Positions 8,903-19,700 of a stretch of DNA of 64,000 nt are shown piece after piece. A model generated the notes under the pieces. It did no database searches. It was given only the letters and a program-made list of their open reading frames with translations, and was not told where the DNA came from. Source of the stretch: a virus; the IMG/VR virus record IMGVR_UViG_3300009159_008491, positions 1-64,000 of that record; one strand, given 5' to 3'. A program made the translations under genes and the position numbers. Within the stretch, counting starts at the first letter, position 1. The number at the start of each line of letters is the position of its first letter.

Positions 8903-9528
8903 TGTTTATAGATTTCAAATTTTGATAAATCAGGATAAGGCAATTCTAAATCAGGATTGTTTTTTGGACTTCCGTCTATATTATAAAATTGATTCATTAA
9001 CAAACATCCTCTTGCAGCTAATTCAGGCATCATATAAAAATTCCAACCAAGCATGTCAAAGTGATCATCATGATATGAACACTCTCTCCTACCGCTATAC
9101 CTAGCTCTTTTAAACCATAAATAAGCTTCGTAGTTATCAGTTAGTATTGCACCGCCTTTTGATAATTTAAAGTGCTTATAGGGGCCTGTAAAAGAAATAC
9201 ACATATGTTGTCCGGGTATGTACATATCTGATGTAAATCTAAGTGCTGAATCCCAAACATTAGTAGGTTCTAATTGATAAGCCCCTTTAATTGTTTTGCC
9301 TTTTACTGGTTTAAATTTAACTTTAGCTCCAGCATGAATAATTTCACAAGGAACAGAAGGATAAGTTCTTGATGGAATTGTTATTTCTGTGTCTTTGACT
9401 TTTTCAAACATTAGTGCTAAGAATAAAGCATTGCTTTGGTTGTCAACAGTAACACAATAAGGTGCCCCAGTGTAATCACACAGCATTTTTTCAAAATCTT
9501 CAGTAATTTTATAAATTCCGTTTGCCAT
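8899..9528 (-). CDS. Short DegT/DnrJ/EryC1/StrS-like PLP protein
   Basis: FEKMLCDYTGA..TVDNQSNAL, WDSA, SFTGPYKH..GGAILTD; only 209 aa. Confidence 0.8.
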   Translation of the reverse strand: MANGIYKITEDFEKMLCDYTGAPYCVTVDNQSNALFLALMFEKVKDTEITIPSRTYPSVPCEIIHAGAKVKFKPVKGKTIKGAYQLEPTNVWDSALRFTSDMYIPGQHMCISFTGPYKHFKLSKGGAILTDNYEAYLWFKRARYSGRRECSYHDDHFDMLGWNFYMMPELAARGCLLMNQFYNIDGSPKNNPDLELPYPDLSKFEIYKQ

Positions 9529-9529
9529 A

Positions 9530-12500
9530 TTATAAATTATATTTAGTTCTATTGTATTCTTTATTTCTTAATAAATCGTTCAACTCTAATCCAAATTGAG
9601 TAAACTCTCCATTTCTAGCGATTCCGTATTGATAGTACCATGAATAATCTAAGTGATAAATCTTTGGATCATCATATTTCTCGTTTATTCTTTTTGTACC
9701 TTCAAATTCATTTTTCCAAGGATTCTCATTTTCAGTCATATTTTCTAAAAGAAAATCTTTATTCCAAAAGCAAGCATTGTGTGAAAGTAGATATTCACTA
9801 TTAATCTTTTGTTTTAAAACTCTTTTATCATTGATAAAATAATTAGTTTGTTCTAGATCATAATTAAAGAATGTTTTTTCGTGAATTTTTAAACAGTTCC
9901 ATTCAAAGTGTTTCATTAAATACAAACTATCTTCAAAAGTCTTTTTATCTATTTTTTTGTGTAACCACATATCATCTTGAATATACAAGATGTATTTAGT
10001 TTTTATTTTAGTTAAAATATCAATCAATCTATTACTGAAACCAGATGAATCATGTGATCTAATTGTATTTAATTGTTTAATTCTGCTATCGCTAAAATTT
10101 AATTTTTCTTCTTCATTACAGAAATAAATGTCCCAGTTTAATGACCAATCCCAATTTTCTTTAAATGAATAATACCAACCTTTCCATAGAAAATTATATT
10201 TGTCACACGTTTGAACTATTACAGTAATATCGTCATTCTCAAAATTTACCGGTAATGAATTTTTTTCATGTAAAATATATCCATCTTTAAATTTATAATC
10301 TATGTTTGATATACTAGGATATTGTAATGCATAAGGTCTACTGAAAATTCCCTTTTTAAAATCAGTGATAAAATTATTATACCATAAATCAGAAACGTCC
10401 CAAGGAGTATTTTCAAATTTTGATTTGAAATAATCGTATTTATCTTTTAAAATTAAAATACAATGTGCTTCAGAAAGTGTATTTGTCAAATAAAAATCCT
10501 CCTCTACTTTTTCATGATCTAAATTAGGTATCTTTTTCCCAAAACTTATATAGGCTAAATCATGTTTTTTCGCATATTGGTAAGCTCTAAAAATAGTTTC
10601 AGACATTTCTTTTTCTGAAAACTGTAAAATACTATCACACTCATTTAAAAGTATTGCATCCACATCATCATTTAAACCTTCTTCTATTCCTTGTCTATGA
10701 GAAAGGTAACAACCGTAATGTCCGGGGCCTAATAAGTAATCTCCCGGTGATTCAGAAATTTGACTTGGTCTATTACAATTTTCTTTAGGTGGCAATCCCT
10801 TAAATAAGGGATTTATAATTTGTTGATAGGTGAAACCATAATTTTCTAATGTTCTTAAAGAGTTGATAGAAGATATTTCTCTTTCCGATTCAACATTGTT
10901 CAGAAGATGAACTATTTTAATTTTTGGTTTTTTTTCTGCTTTAAAAATTAGAATACTTTCAATATCAATATTTCTATCTTCTTCAACTTCAAATCCACAA
11001 CGAATTAATTTGTTCTTAATTTTATTTTCATAGTCAGAATGTGATCCTGCAAATGCGTGAACTTCTCCGGTAATGAATTTGACATTATTTCTTAAATAAC
11101 CTTCATCTATGGTTTCAAAGAAAGGAAACTCTCCTCCTTCACAATCAATTTTAAGATAATCTATTTTTTCAATGCTATATTCTTGAATTAAAGAATTGGC
11201 ATCAATTGATTTAACTTTTATAGAATTATCTTCAAATTTATATCCAGAAAGATTTTCACTTTGTTTAAATATAGTATGTATACTAGATGAATCACCAACG
11301 AAGAAATCAACTTCTCCTCTGTTATAATCTATTGCATATTGTATAGGTATAATTTCTTTGAATTGAAAAGTATTCTTTTTTAAATTTTCAAAGTTTTTTG
11401 GTTCTGGTTCTACACTATAAACTTTAGAAGCCCCTTGATCAAGAGCATATAAACTGAGAAATCCTAAATTAGATCCAATATCTAAAACCACATCCCCTTT
11501 TTTAATTCCTTTATAATCATTTCTTATGTAAACTTCATAGTAAGTAAACCATGAGGATTGATCAAAATCTTCATGAGAAATCATAATTTCTTTACTTTCT
11601 ACTTTTGGTGTTAATTTATGTTCGAAATTATTCTCAAAAATTACTTTATCAAAGTATGAGATATTATTTTCTTTATCAAAAACTTGAACCAGAAAACCAT
11701 TAAATGTATATCTTGAAGCATTGGAACTAAACCAAAAACTTGTTCCTGATTGAAAAATAAAATCAAGAACATAATTTGTCAAAAGATTATAACTGTCTTT
11801 TAAAATAATGTTTAATTTTTTCCCATTTAGTTCAGGACAATGCAAACATTTAACATCAAATTTATGATCTATTTCATTATAAGAAACATCAATGTAATTA
11901 TATTTGAGTCGTAGGTTTAATGTTTGTTTTATTAACTCTAAATTAGTATTAGTATCAAGTAAATAATTTACATTGTCAAATTTGTAAAAATAATTTTGAT
12001 AAACATCTAAATTATATAATAAGATAGGGATCTTCCATCCTATTGATTCTCTCAATACTAAAGGCATTGTTTCTTTATCACCATTTTGGCCTCTGGAAGT
12101 AAAAAGAAACAAATCCATACAAGAGTAAAAATTATCAGTATCATTTCTTTCGCCCCAAATTTTGCAATTTGAAGGTATATTATTAAGCAATGGTTCCCAA
12201 TAAAATTTAAAATTATCTGCTTGATTTCCTAGAAAATGAAATTGTACAGTATCATCAAAATATTTAGCTAATTCAAATATTTCAGCCTGATTTTTTCTTG
12301 GAGTAAATAAACCTACATTTAAAACATGTTTCTTTTTAGGGTCCAATCCTAACTTTAATAATCCTTCTTCTCTATTTGGTCTTTCCTTGTATTCAATAGG
12401 GTATTCTGCTAAGTATTTAGGAACATTTATATTTTTATATTGTTCTATTTGCCAATTGCTTACAAAGAAAAAAGCATCCGGAAAATATACTTTTTTATTA

Positions 12501-12871
12501 TCAGGATCAAATGAAGAATCATGGCTTGTTTCAAAGATCTTATATTTTCTATTTTTTGTATAAATTAAATCTGAAATTTCACTTGGTAAAAAATATTCTG
12601 GTATTTCTTCTAAATGAATAAAATCAGGATTAATTTTGTTAATTAAATTTATTAAATCTTCTTTTTTATTTTCTCCTAGAGTTATAAAATGTTGATTATC
12701 AAGAAGTTGTTCAATTTTATTTCTTTGTACTACTAATACCCCACCAGTTATATTTTCATATTCAATGCAAAAGATTTCTAAATCATTTTTTAGAATTTCT
12801 ATTTTTTTAACAAGATATTGAGGTAAGCCACCAGTAGATAAATGTGGAGCAATAAATATAATCTTCTTCAT
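9530..12871 (-). CDS. Multidomain enzyme: GT4 (GT-B) + FkbM methyltransferase + GT25-like + GT-A domains
   Basis: HLSTGGLPQY, NVGLFTPRKNQ, ETMPLVLRE; VLDIGSNLG..VEPEP..LKIDCEGGE; GCYLSH..NECD; ILYIQDD. Confidence 0.85.
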   Translation of the reverse strand: MKKIIFIAPHLSTGGLPQYLVKKIEILKNDLEIFCIEYENITGGVLVVQRNKIEQLLDNQHFITLGENKKEDLINLINKINPDFIHLEEIPEYFLPSEISDLIYTKNRKYKIFETSHDSSFDPDNKKVYFPDAFFFVSNWQIEQYKNINVPKYLAEYPIEYKERPNREEGLLKLGLDPKKKHVLNVGLFTPRKNQAEIFELAKYFDDTVQFHFLGNQADNFKFYWEPLLNNIPSNCKIWGERNDTDNFYSCMDLFLFTSRGQNGDKETMPLVLRESIGWKIPILLYNLDVYQNYFYKFDNVNYLLDTNTNLELIKQTLNLRLKYNYIDVSYNEIDHKFDVKCLHCPELNGKKLNIILKDSYNLLTNYVLDFIFQSGTSFWFSSNASRYTFNGFLVQVFDKENNISYFDKVIFENNFEHKLTPKVESKEIMISHEDFDQSSWFTYYEVYIRNDYKGIKKGDVVLDIGSNLGFLSLYALDQGASKVYSVEPEPKNFENLKKNTFQFKEIIPIQYAIDYNRGEVDFFVGDSSSIHTIFKQSENLSGYKFEDNSIKVKSIDANSLIQEYSIEKIDYLKIDCEGGEFPFFETIDEGYLRNNVKFITGEVHAFAGSHSDYENKIKNKLIRCGFEVEEDRNIDIESILIFKAEKKPKIKIVHLLNNVESEREISSINSLRTLENYGFTYQQIINPLFKGLPPKENCNRPSQISESPGDYLLGPGHYGCYLSHRQGIEEGLNDDVDAILLNECDSILQFSEKEMSETIFRAYQYAKKHDLAYISFGKKIPNLDHEKVEEDFYLTNTLSEAHCILILKDKYDYFKSKFENTPWDVSDLWYNNFITDFKKGIFSRPYALQYPSISNIDYKFKDGYILHEKNSLPVNFENDDITVIVQTCDKYNFLWKGWYYSFKENWDWSLNWDIYFCNEEEKLNFSDSRIKQLNTIRSHDSSGFSNRLIDILTKIKTKYILYIQDDMWLHKKIDKKTFEDSLYLMKHFEWNCLKIHEKTFFNYDLEQTNYFINDKRVLKQKINSEYLLSHNACFWNKDFLLENMTENENPWKNEFEGTKRINEKYDDPKIYHLDYSWYYQYGIARNGEFTQFGLELNDLLRNKEYNRTKYNL

Positions 12872-12950
12872 GGTATAAAAGTAACAAAAATAAATTTATT
12901 TTGACCAATAAATTTACTATAAAATTACTTAAAAAAATTATAAAAAAGTA

Positions 12951-13832
12951 TTATTCTGTAATACCGAGAGAAATTTGTGAAAATTCTTGATTAAAGTTTG
13001 TAATTGATCTTTGCTCCCTCACATCAATATTTCCATATTCAAAAGCAGATTTTCTTGTAAATAGATTATATTGCTTATAGATTAAATTTTGATCGTTGAA
13101 ATAAGTTAAAATTCCTGTTTGTAAATCTCTTGAGGAGTTTCCATAAAGAGCATAGGAAAGAGTTTTAATGGTTTGATCAACCATTTCAATTTCAACATAA
13201 AAAGGATCAAAAAAAGTATTAGAAATTAATATTTTTTGGTTTTTTACACCAAGATCTACTTTCACATTGTTTGAAATTAAACTTCCTTGATCCGGAGTCA
13301 AAGTTAAAAATATTATACTTCCAGCAGGGTCTAAAACATAAGTGGTTGCACCTTGATTTACTGTATTATTATTAACGTTTATACTTACTAAATCACTTGA
13401 AGTTATAATTCTGGTAAGATTATTTATTTTAACCCCATTTGTATCAAAATATTCTATTTGGTACCCTACTAATGAATTGTTTCTAGAAAATTGAAGAGAA
13501 GGAATAACAATGCCCTTTTTTGATATATTTAACTGATTATTATCGTTTGTTACAACATAAGAACAGTCTAAAATGGTAGTTTGAAAAGTTTTTGGTTTAA
13601 TTAAAATACTATAATAACCTAATTTATTGAATACATTAGCTGGTAAACGTAATTTATACATTCCATCGGCTCCAATTAATTTTCTTAAATCTGCATTGGT
13701 TATAGCGTTAAAAAGTGGTCTTAATTGTACGTCCCCAATTTCTTCTCTTGAGGGACTATAAGCATAAAGGATGTCCACATCATCTATTGTGACATCAGCT
13801 AATTTATTTACACCATATAATCCAACTGCCAT
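12951..13832 (-). CDS. Putative virion structural protein
   Basis: 293-aa beta-rich ORF at the end of the tail operon; TATTTAT motif upstream. Confidence 0.5.
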   Translation of the reverse strand: MAVGLYGVNKLADVTIDDVDILYAYSPSREEIGDVQLRPLFNAITNADLRKLIGADGMYKLRLPANVFNKLGYYSILIKPKTFQTTILDCSYVVTNDNNQLNISKKGIVIPSLQFSRNNSLVGYQIEYFDTNGVKINNLTRIITSSDLVSINVNNNTVNQGATTYVLDPAGSIIFLTLTPDQGSLISNNVKVDLGVKNQKILISNTFFDPFYVEIEMVDQTIKTLSYALYGNSSRDLQTGILTYFNDQNLIYKQYNLFTRKSAFEYGNIDVREQRSITNFNQEFSQISLGITE

Positions 13833-13851
13833 TTTTTACTTTATTTTAAAG

Positions 13852-13858
13852 ATAAATA
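13852..13858 (-). promoter_or_regulatory. TATTTAT putative late-promoter box (representative copy)
   Basis: Same motif on the sense strand at 25186, 25227, 31191, 52599, 54045, 54785, 54861 and 58531, mostly 14-19 nt before an ATG. Confidence 0.6.
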
Positions 13859-13871
13859 GTATTTTAAAAAT

Positions 13872-16400
13872 TTATAGAGATAAAATTTGATCTTTTAAAT
13901 CTCTTAAAATTGGTAAAAAATAAACCTGAGCATCTTCAAAAGTCTCAAAAAACCTTTCTGTGTCATCCAGATATTGATTAGATGCTTTCCTATCCACAAT
14001 TTTACCGAATTTTAAATACTGAATACTAAAAACTAAAATTCTTATTGAATTCCAAATTCTTTTTTTTAATCTTGTTAAATCTTTTGAATTAAAATATTTT
14101 TCAGAGTCATTAAAATGAGAATCAGAAATTTGAATAGCTTTAGTTTTAAATTCTTCTTTTGTTATATTTGTTGAAAATTCAATTCTTTGTAATATTTTAT
14201 AAGTATCTTCTTCAGTAAAATATTGGAAGAAATTTCTGTCAGATAACAAATTTGTTTCATTAAATGCTGGAACAGCAAATTCATTCAATTGGTACTGAAA
14301 AGTTCTTGGGTTGTATAATGAAAAATCTATGTCACCAATTTTAAAATAATTAACATCTGAATTAGTATCAGCTACTATTGTAATATCAGCATCAGAAGAT
14401 GCTTGAACTTTTTCATAATAGTGTGCCCCATTAACATAAATATTATAAATTGCACTTTCTGGTATATTTAATCTTCTTGCTAAACTAGCTAATGTTAATG
14501 AACTATCATTAAAAATATTAAATAATTTTTGATTAACAGTTGTTCCTGAGTTTGATGAAAAACCATTAATAATACTAAACCCAGCACTATTAGCTGGTAT
14601 ATTTACATAATTTAAAGGAATATTATCCGGTCTATATTTTTGTAAAAAACTATCATCATATTTTTGATCGACAAACCCATTATACATTAATCTACACTTA
14701 TCAAAGCTTTTTACATCTATGTATTCATTGTATGAAAAACTAGATAAATCATAAAACTCTTCAAGATAAATAACTAAATATTGTAATATTTGATTTGGAT
14801 TTTTTGCTGGTCTTAATGAAAGAACAATTGGTGATCTGACTGGCCAATTTTTATAAATTTTTATATCTACGCTTTTTACAACATCACCCACATCAAAATG
14901 AATTATAAATTTATCAACATTAAAATATATATTATTAAGAACATCTAAACTTACGGAGTTAATTCCATCATCTGGTCCAAGTAAACCAACTGAAAAATAT
15001 TCATATTGAACAATAACATCTTTATATTTTCTAGGATCTCTGTGTGCTATATTTATTTTTAATGTATTATCTGATAAATCATCAAAAAGTTGACCTATAA
15101 AATCTAAATTGTCCCAAGATGGATTTTTTACAAAGTTAAACTCCGGTTTTATTAAATTAGGGATATTTGGATTGTTACCCATGCTTCCAGTTCCCATACT
15201 AGGCATATTTGTTCCAAATATTCCACTATCAAAAATTGAATATGTTTGAGGTATTAAATCAATTACTTGCTGATATATATATTTGTAGTTTGCTTGTTCA
15301 GGATATACAAAAGGAGGAGAGAAAGGCTTATATAAAAAACCATACCAATTTGAAAATTCAGGAAAGCTTTTAAAATTTGCTTTTTTAAAAAGACTGTTAT
15401 ATTCAAGATTACCACCACTAGCTGATGCTGTAGAATTTACTAAGTTTTGTAAATAGTTTTGATCATAAGCTATTGGAATACTTATGACTTGATTGTTTGG
15501 TGTGTCATAATAGATACCATCAGCTAAAGTTATTGTTGCTTGTTGGGAAGGCTGTTGACTATTATTATTATTAGAAAGTGCTAGTTGTGGTAGAAAATTA
15601 TCTGGTAATAAACCATTGTACTTTTCTAAAGATTCTTTTGAAGGTCCATAATTTGAATTTGATAATTCTTTTAATTTTAATATTTCTTCAATATTTCCAT
15701 ATTTAGATAAAATACTAAAATTATTTTTATAAGTATATTTTGTATAATCTATTGTTCCTTCACAGGTATCTATAAAATATTCAGAAAAATCATCTGTAAA
15801 AATTGTTGTCTTATTTGTATTGATTTGAATATTGACATAATAATTTTCACTGTCTCCACTAAAGTTTATAAAATCAGTTTGCCTCGTAGCATTTGTATAG
15901 TTATTTGGTACAGATTTTCCAGCATTATTAACGGTGTTAGTGTAATAACTAGTTAATGCATTTGTTTTTAAATATTTTTCATCTTGATTAAAAAGAGATT
16001 GTTTCTTTTCAATAAGATTTATGTTTGGGTCCGATGTTTCTTCAGTTTGTTCTTGATTAGAATAGCTTATATTTTTTCTGTAATAGCTATTAAAAAATTC
16101 TGCTAATTTTTTATTATCGTAAAAAAGATCTCTAAATTCATCAAGAGTTAATAATTTTTTTAAATAATCAACAAAATTTATTGCAATTTTTTCGTTTTGT
16201 GGCATATCTAAATATGCCTTTACATTTAAATCATTTACAATCCCTACTCCAACTTGTGAAGTATAAGAAAAATATTCTTGATCTAATCCTACATTTTGCT
16301 GAGTTTCATATAGAACATCTTGCTGTACTGTTTCCAGTAAAGCATCAGTATTAGTATTTGCACTGAAAGCGATATTATATAATATTTCAAACTTTTGCAT
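13872..16400 (-). CDS. Large hypothetical protein with a C-terminal nucleotidyltransferase-like domain
   Basis: C-term IYNIYVNGAHYY...SDADITIV resembles the Pol-beta NTase hG[S]..DxD motif, followed by a helical lobe. Confidence 0.55.
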   Translation of the reverse strand: MQKFEILYNIAFSANTNTDALLETVQQDVLYETQQNVGLDQEYFSYTSQVGVGIVNDLNVKAYLDMPQNEKIAINFVDYLKKLLTLDEFRDLFYDNKKLAEFFNSYYRKNISYSNQEQTEETSDPNINLIEKKQSLFNQDEKYLKTNALTSYYTNTVNNAGKSVPNNYTNATRQTDFINFSGDSENYYVNIQINTNKTTIFTDDFSEYFIDTCEGTIDYTKYTYKNNFSILSKYGNIEEILKLKELSNSNYGPSKESLEKYNGLLPDNFLPQLALSNNNNSQQPSQQATITLADGIYYDTPNNQVISIPIAYDQNYLQNLVNSTASASGGNLEYNSLFKKANFKSFPEFSNWYGFLYKPFSPPFVYPEQANYKYIYQQVIDLIPQTYSIFDSGIFGTNMPSMGTGSMGNNPNIPNLIKPEFNFVKNPSWDNLDFIGQLFDDLSDNTLKINIAHRDPRKYKDVIVQYEYFSVGLLGPDDGINSVSLDVLNNIYFNVDKFIIHFDVGDVVKSVDIKIYKNWPVRSPIVLSLRPAKNPNQILQYLVIYLEEFYDLSSFSYNEYIDVKSFDKCRLMYNGFVDQKYDDSFLQKYRPDNIPLNYVNIPANSAGFSIINGFSSNSGTTVNQKLFNIFNDSSLTLASLARRLNIPESAIYNIYVNGAHYYEKVQASSDADITIVADTNSDVNYFKIGDIDFSLYNPRTFQYQLNEFAVPAFNETNLLSDRNFFQYFTEEDTYKILQRIEFSTNITKEEFKTKAIQISDSHFNDSEKYFNSKDLTRLKKRIWNSIRILVFSIQYLKFGKIVDRKASNQYLDDTERFFETFEDAQVYFLPILRDLKDQILSL

Positions 16401-16401
16401 C

Positions 16402-16749
16402 TTATTTATTAATAGTTATAGAAAAAATTTCTGCTTTTTTTATTAAGTTTTCTGTAGTTGGAACTAAAACATTATAGTTGTTTGATGATGTTCCAGTTAT
16501 TCCAGTAGATCTAATGCTCTCAAAAAATCCATATTCTATAAACCACGGATTTATAAATTGACGTTGCATATCAACTCTTAGTGGATCTTTTTGTATATCT
16601 ATATACTCGTCAATAATTCTTATTTCTCTGTTTAAATTAAGGTTAATATAATAGTCCTTAATGTTTTGAGTTCCGTAGGTTCCATCTGGTTGTACAACAC
16701 CATCTTCTCTTAGATCTAAATATAATTTTACTTTTAAGTTTTTTTCCAT
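16402..16749 (-). CDS. Hypothetical protein (tail operon)
   Basis: 115-aa ORF coupled to its neighbours. Confidence 0.6.
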   Translation of the reverse strand: MEKNLKVKLYLDLREDGVVQPDGTYGTQNIKDYYINLNLNREIRIIDEYIDIQKDPLRVDMQRQFINPWFIEYGFFESIRSTGITGTSSNNYNVLVPTTENLIKKAEIFSITINK

Positions 16750-16761
16750 TTTTTTTGTTTT

Positions 16762-19700
16762 TTAAAAATCGTTTGATTTTATCCAAGTAATTCCATTATC
16801 TGAACATGATGGTCCCCGTTGAGAAACAGGGATAGCACTAAATCCAATAGCTTTGCGAGCAGCGGTATTTGATGCTGTTGCAATAAAACCATGTACTATA
16901 AATGATTTGTTAATATTGGGATCTTGTGATAATACTCTAACATTTAAAATAGTAGGATCACAAACAAATAAAGGTGGTTGTGTTAAACGTAATCTTGTAT
17001 TTACTAAAACTCTATTATTAAAAACAGAAGTTAAATAAAATCTTTCTTCATTAAAACGAGGAGCACCACCGGCAATATTTATATTGGCAATTATTTCAAA
17101 AGGTGGAATTGTTTGATTAATAATTTTGTTAGAAGGTAATCCATCCGATTCATTATATAAAACAAAGTTTAAAAATGAAACTTTATATTTTGATGTTGTG
17201 AATTTGTTTAAAGTAACATTATTTATTGTTCTCTTAAAATTATAATTGGTTGGTAATTTTAAAACAAGTTGATCTAATGGAGTTACTACGTTTTTAACTA
17301 AACCTCCACTATTTGATGTTGATATTGCATATTCGCTTAGCCATAATTTTTCTCTAGGATTTATTATTGTGTCTAATATTTTAACTGGAATTACACCCTC
17401 ATTAACAATTTCTATTACTGCTTGATTTTTTGTATTTATATTAGCTTGGCTCCAAGTATAAAGAAATCCATTTTTAAGCCAACTTGGTGTATTACTGCTA
17501 AAATATTTTGTTGCCGCTACAAAACTATCAATTGTATTTGTTTGAGGATTAGCATTTACATCAGTAAATGTTTTTAAATAATATCCTGCTTGTACTATTA
17601 ATTGACCAAAATCAAAAGTATTAGTATTTAATATTGCATTTGGATCTAAAGGTATAGTATAATCACTACATGGAAAACTTAAAATATTAGGATTTGTTGT
17701 AGATGCTGTATTAAAATCATTTTCAATTCCAACTACATCTTTATTTAAAAATATTTTAGCTGATGTTGATGCATCATCAGGTGAAAAACCTGCTGGTATA
17801 ACACTTCCTTTTGGTATTATTACTATGCCCGGATAATAAATTTTATTTGGACTAAAGTACAAATTATATGGTTTTGGGATTGAATATGGTGCACTATAAT
17901 TTGCTACTTCATTTGTTATAGATATTTCTTTATTTATTTCCTCTGTTTTAAATTCAATCTGTGTATTTAAATTTTGTAATTGTGTTGTTGTATAATAAAC
18001 TTCTTTTTTATTATCATTTCCAGCATTAACATAAAAACTTTCTTCAAAATTATAATTATTATTTCTAAAAATTCCATTATAAATTTTAATAGTTAATAAA
18101 TTAGTAGTTTTAAAATCATCATTTGTTGGTGAAACTGAAGGAATATAATTATATGTTTGATTTTGTATTTCAATTTGATAATTTACCTTTTGAAAACCCC
18201 AAATAGATGCTCCTGATAAATTAAGACCTAGTATATTACTTCCTATTCCCGGAAAACCTTCAAAATATTCAAAATTATCATTTGCTGGTAATTTTAAAAT
18301 AAATTGAGAGCCATCGTATATGAATTGACCGCTTGATACACTAGTGCTAAAACCAGAATATACATTTAAACTTAATGTATCTCCATTATCATAGGTATTA
18401 CCATCAAATACAATTCTTCCTCCAAGATTTTTAATATTTATTTTAAAAAAATCTTCAAATACTAAATCCCTAAATTTATACGGCTGTATGTTTCCAGTAA
18501 TTATGGTATTTGCTAATATATTACCAAAAGAAGAACCATCAAATGTTTGTAGTTTTGTTATATAATCTTTATATGATCCAAATTTATTATAATAATTAGG
18601 ATCTAATGGTTTATTAAAAACACTTCTTAAAACTGCTTTGCCACTTTGTTTATCAAAAGGTATATTTATTTGAACATAATTTTTATCAATATTTTTATCT
18701 ACATATAAAACAAACTTGTTATCATTTGATTGATTTAAATTTCCGGGCACTACATTGGATGTAAAATTCCTAAGTCTTAAAGTTATTTTAGTTTGTAAAT
18801 CATCACTTCTTCTTGATATAAAATAAAAATTGGTAGAATAAGATAAATCAACTTGATTAAATTCAAATTTATGGGAATTTGTATAAGCAGTGCTGTTAGG
18901 ATCTAAAAATCCAAATGTTGAAAGACAATCTGTCTCTGCCTCATCAATATATAATTCTAAACTTTGATTAGGTACTAATAATTTTTTATCAAGATTTAAA
19001 GTTATAGGTATGATTAAAGGATCTATATCTTGCCTTGGTTCTAAAAATTGATATGATTGAGAATTAAAAGTAACAGTTGAAGGGATGTCATTATCTTCAA
19101 TATAAATAGACATCATCTGTGCTTTTTCTGGATCAGGAAGCACTCCTAAGATTGGAACTATTTGTAGTGTTAGTCTTTCTAATTTCTCAACATAAAAATC
19201 ATCGTTTAATCTAAGGCTTATTTTTTGCACAGTACTTGCAGAAGTACTATTCCACTCAATATTATTAAAATTAAGTACTACATCTTGTGGCACAGTAACA
19301 TTTGTATATTCGTTAAAATCTTTATCTAGACCATAAACAACACTTAATTTTATTCTCTCTACACCTCTTGGCGGCTTACTTAAAGCTACATCAAATTGAA
19401 TTATTTTATTATTTGTAAAATCCGATTGATTTGGATCTCCTTCGGTGAATGTTATGTTTGATTGTGGGAAATAAACAAATGGTGGTCCAGTAGGTTCCAA
19501 TTCTCTTCTTAACCAATGTCTATCATAAAAGAAGGGATAATTATTATTAATTTCTAATATATTACCGTCATCTAATATTTCAGCAATTTCGCTACCGTAT
19601 TCCAATACTTTACTTTCTTCGTTAAAATATAAGAATGGAAATTCTTGTTCAGAATATAAACTATTTACTATGTCATTTATTTTTACATAAATTGACTTAT

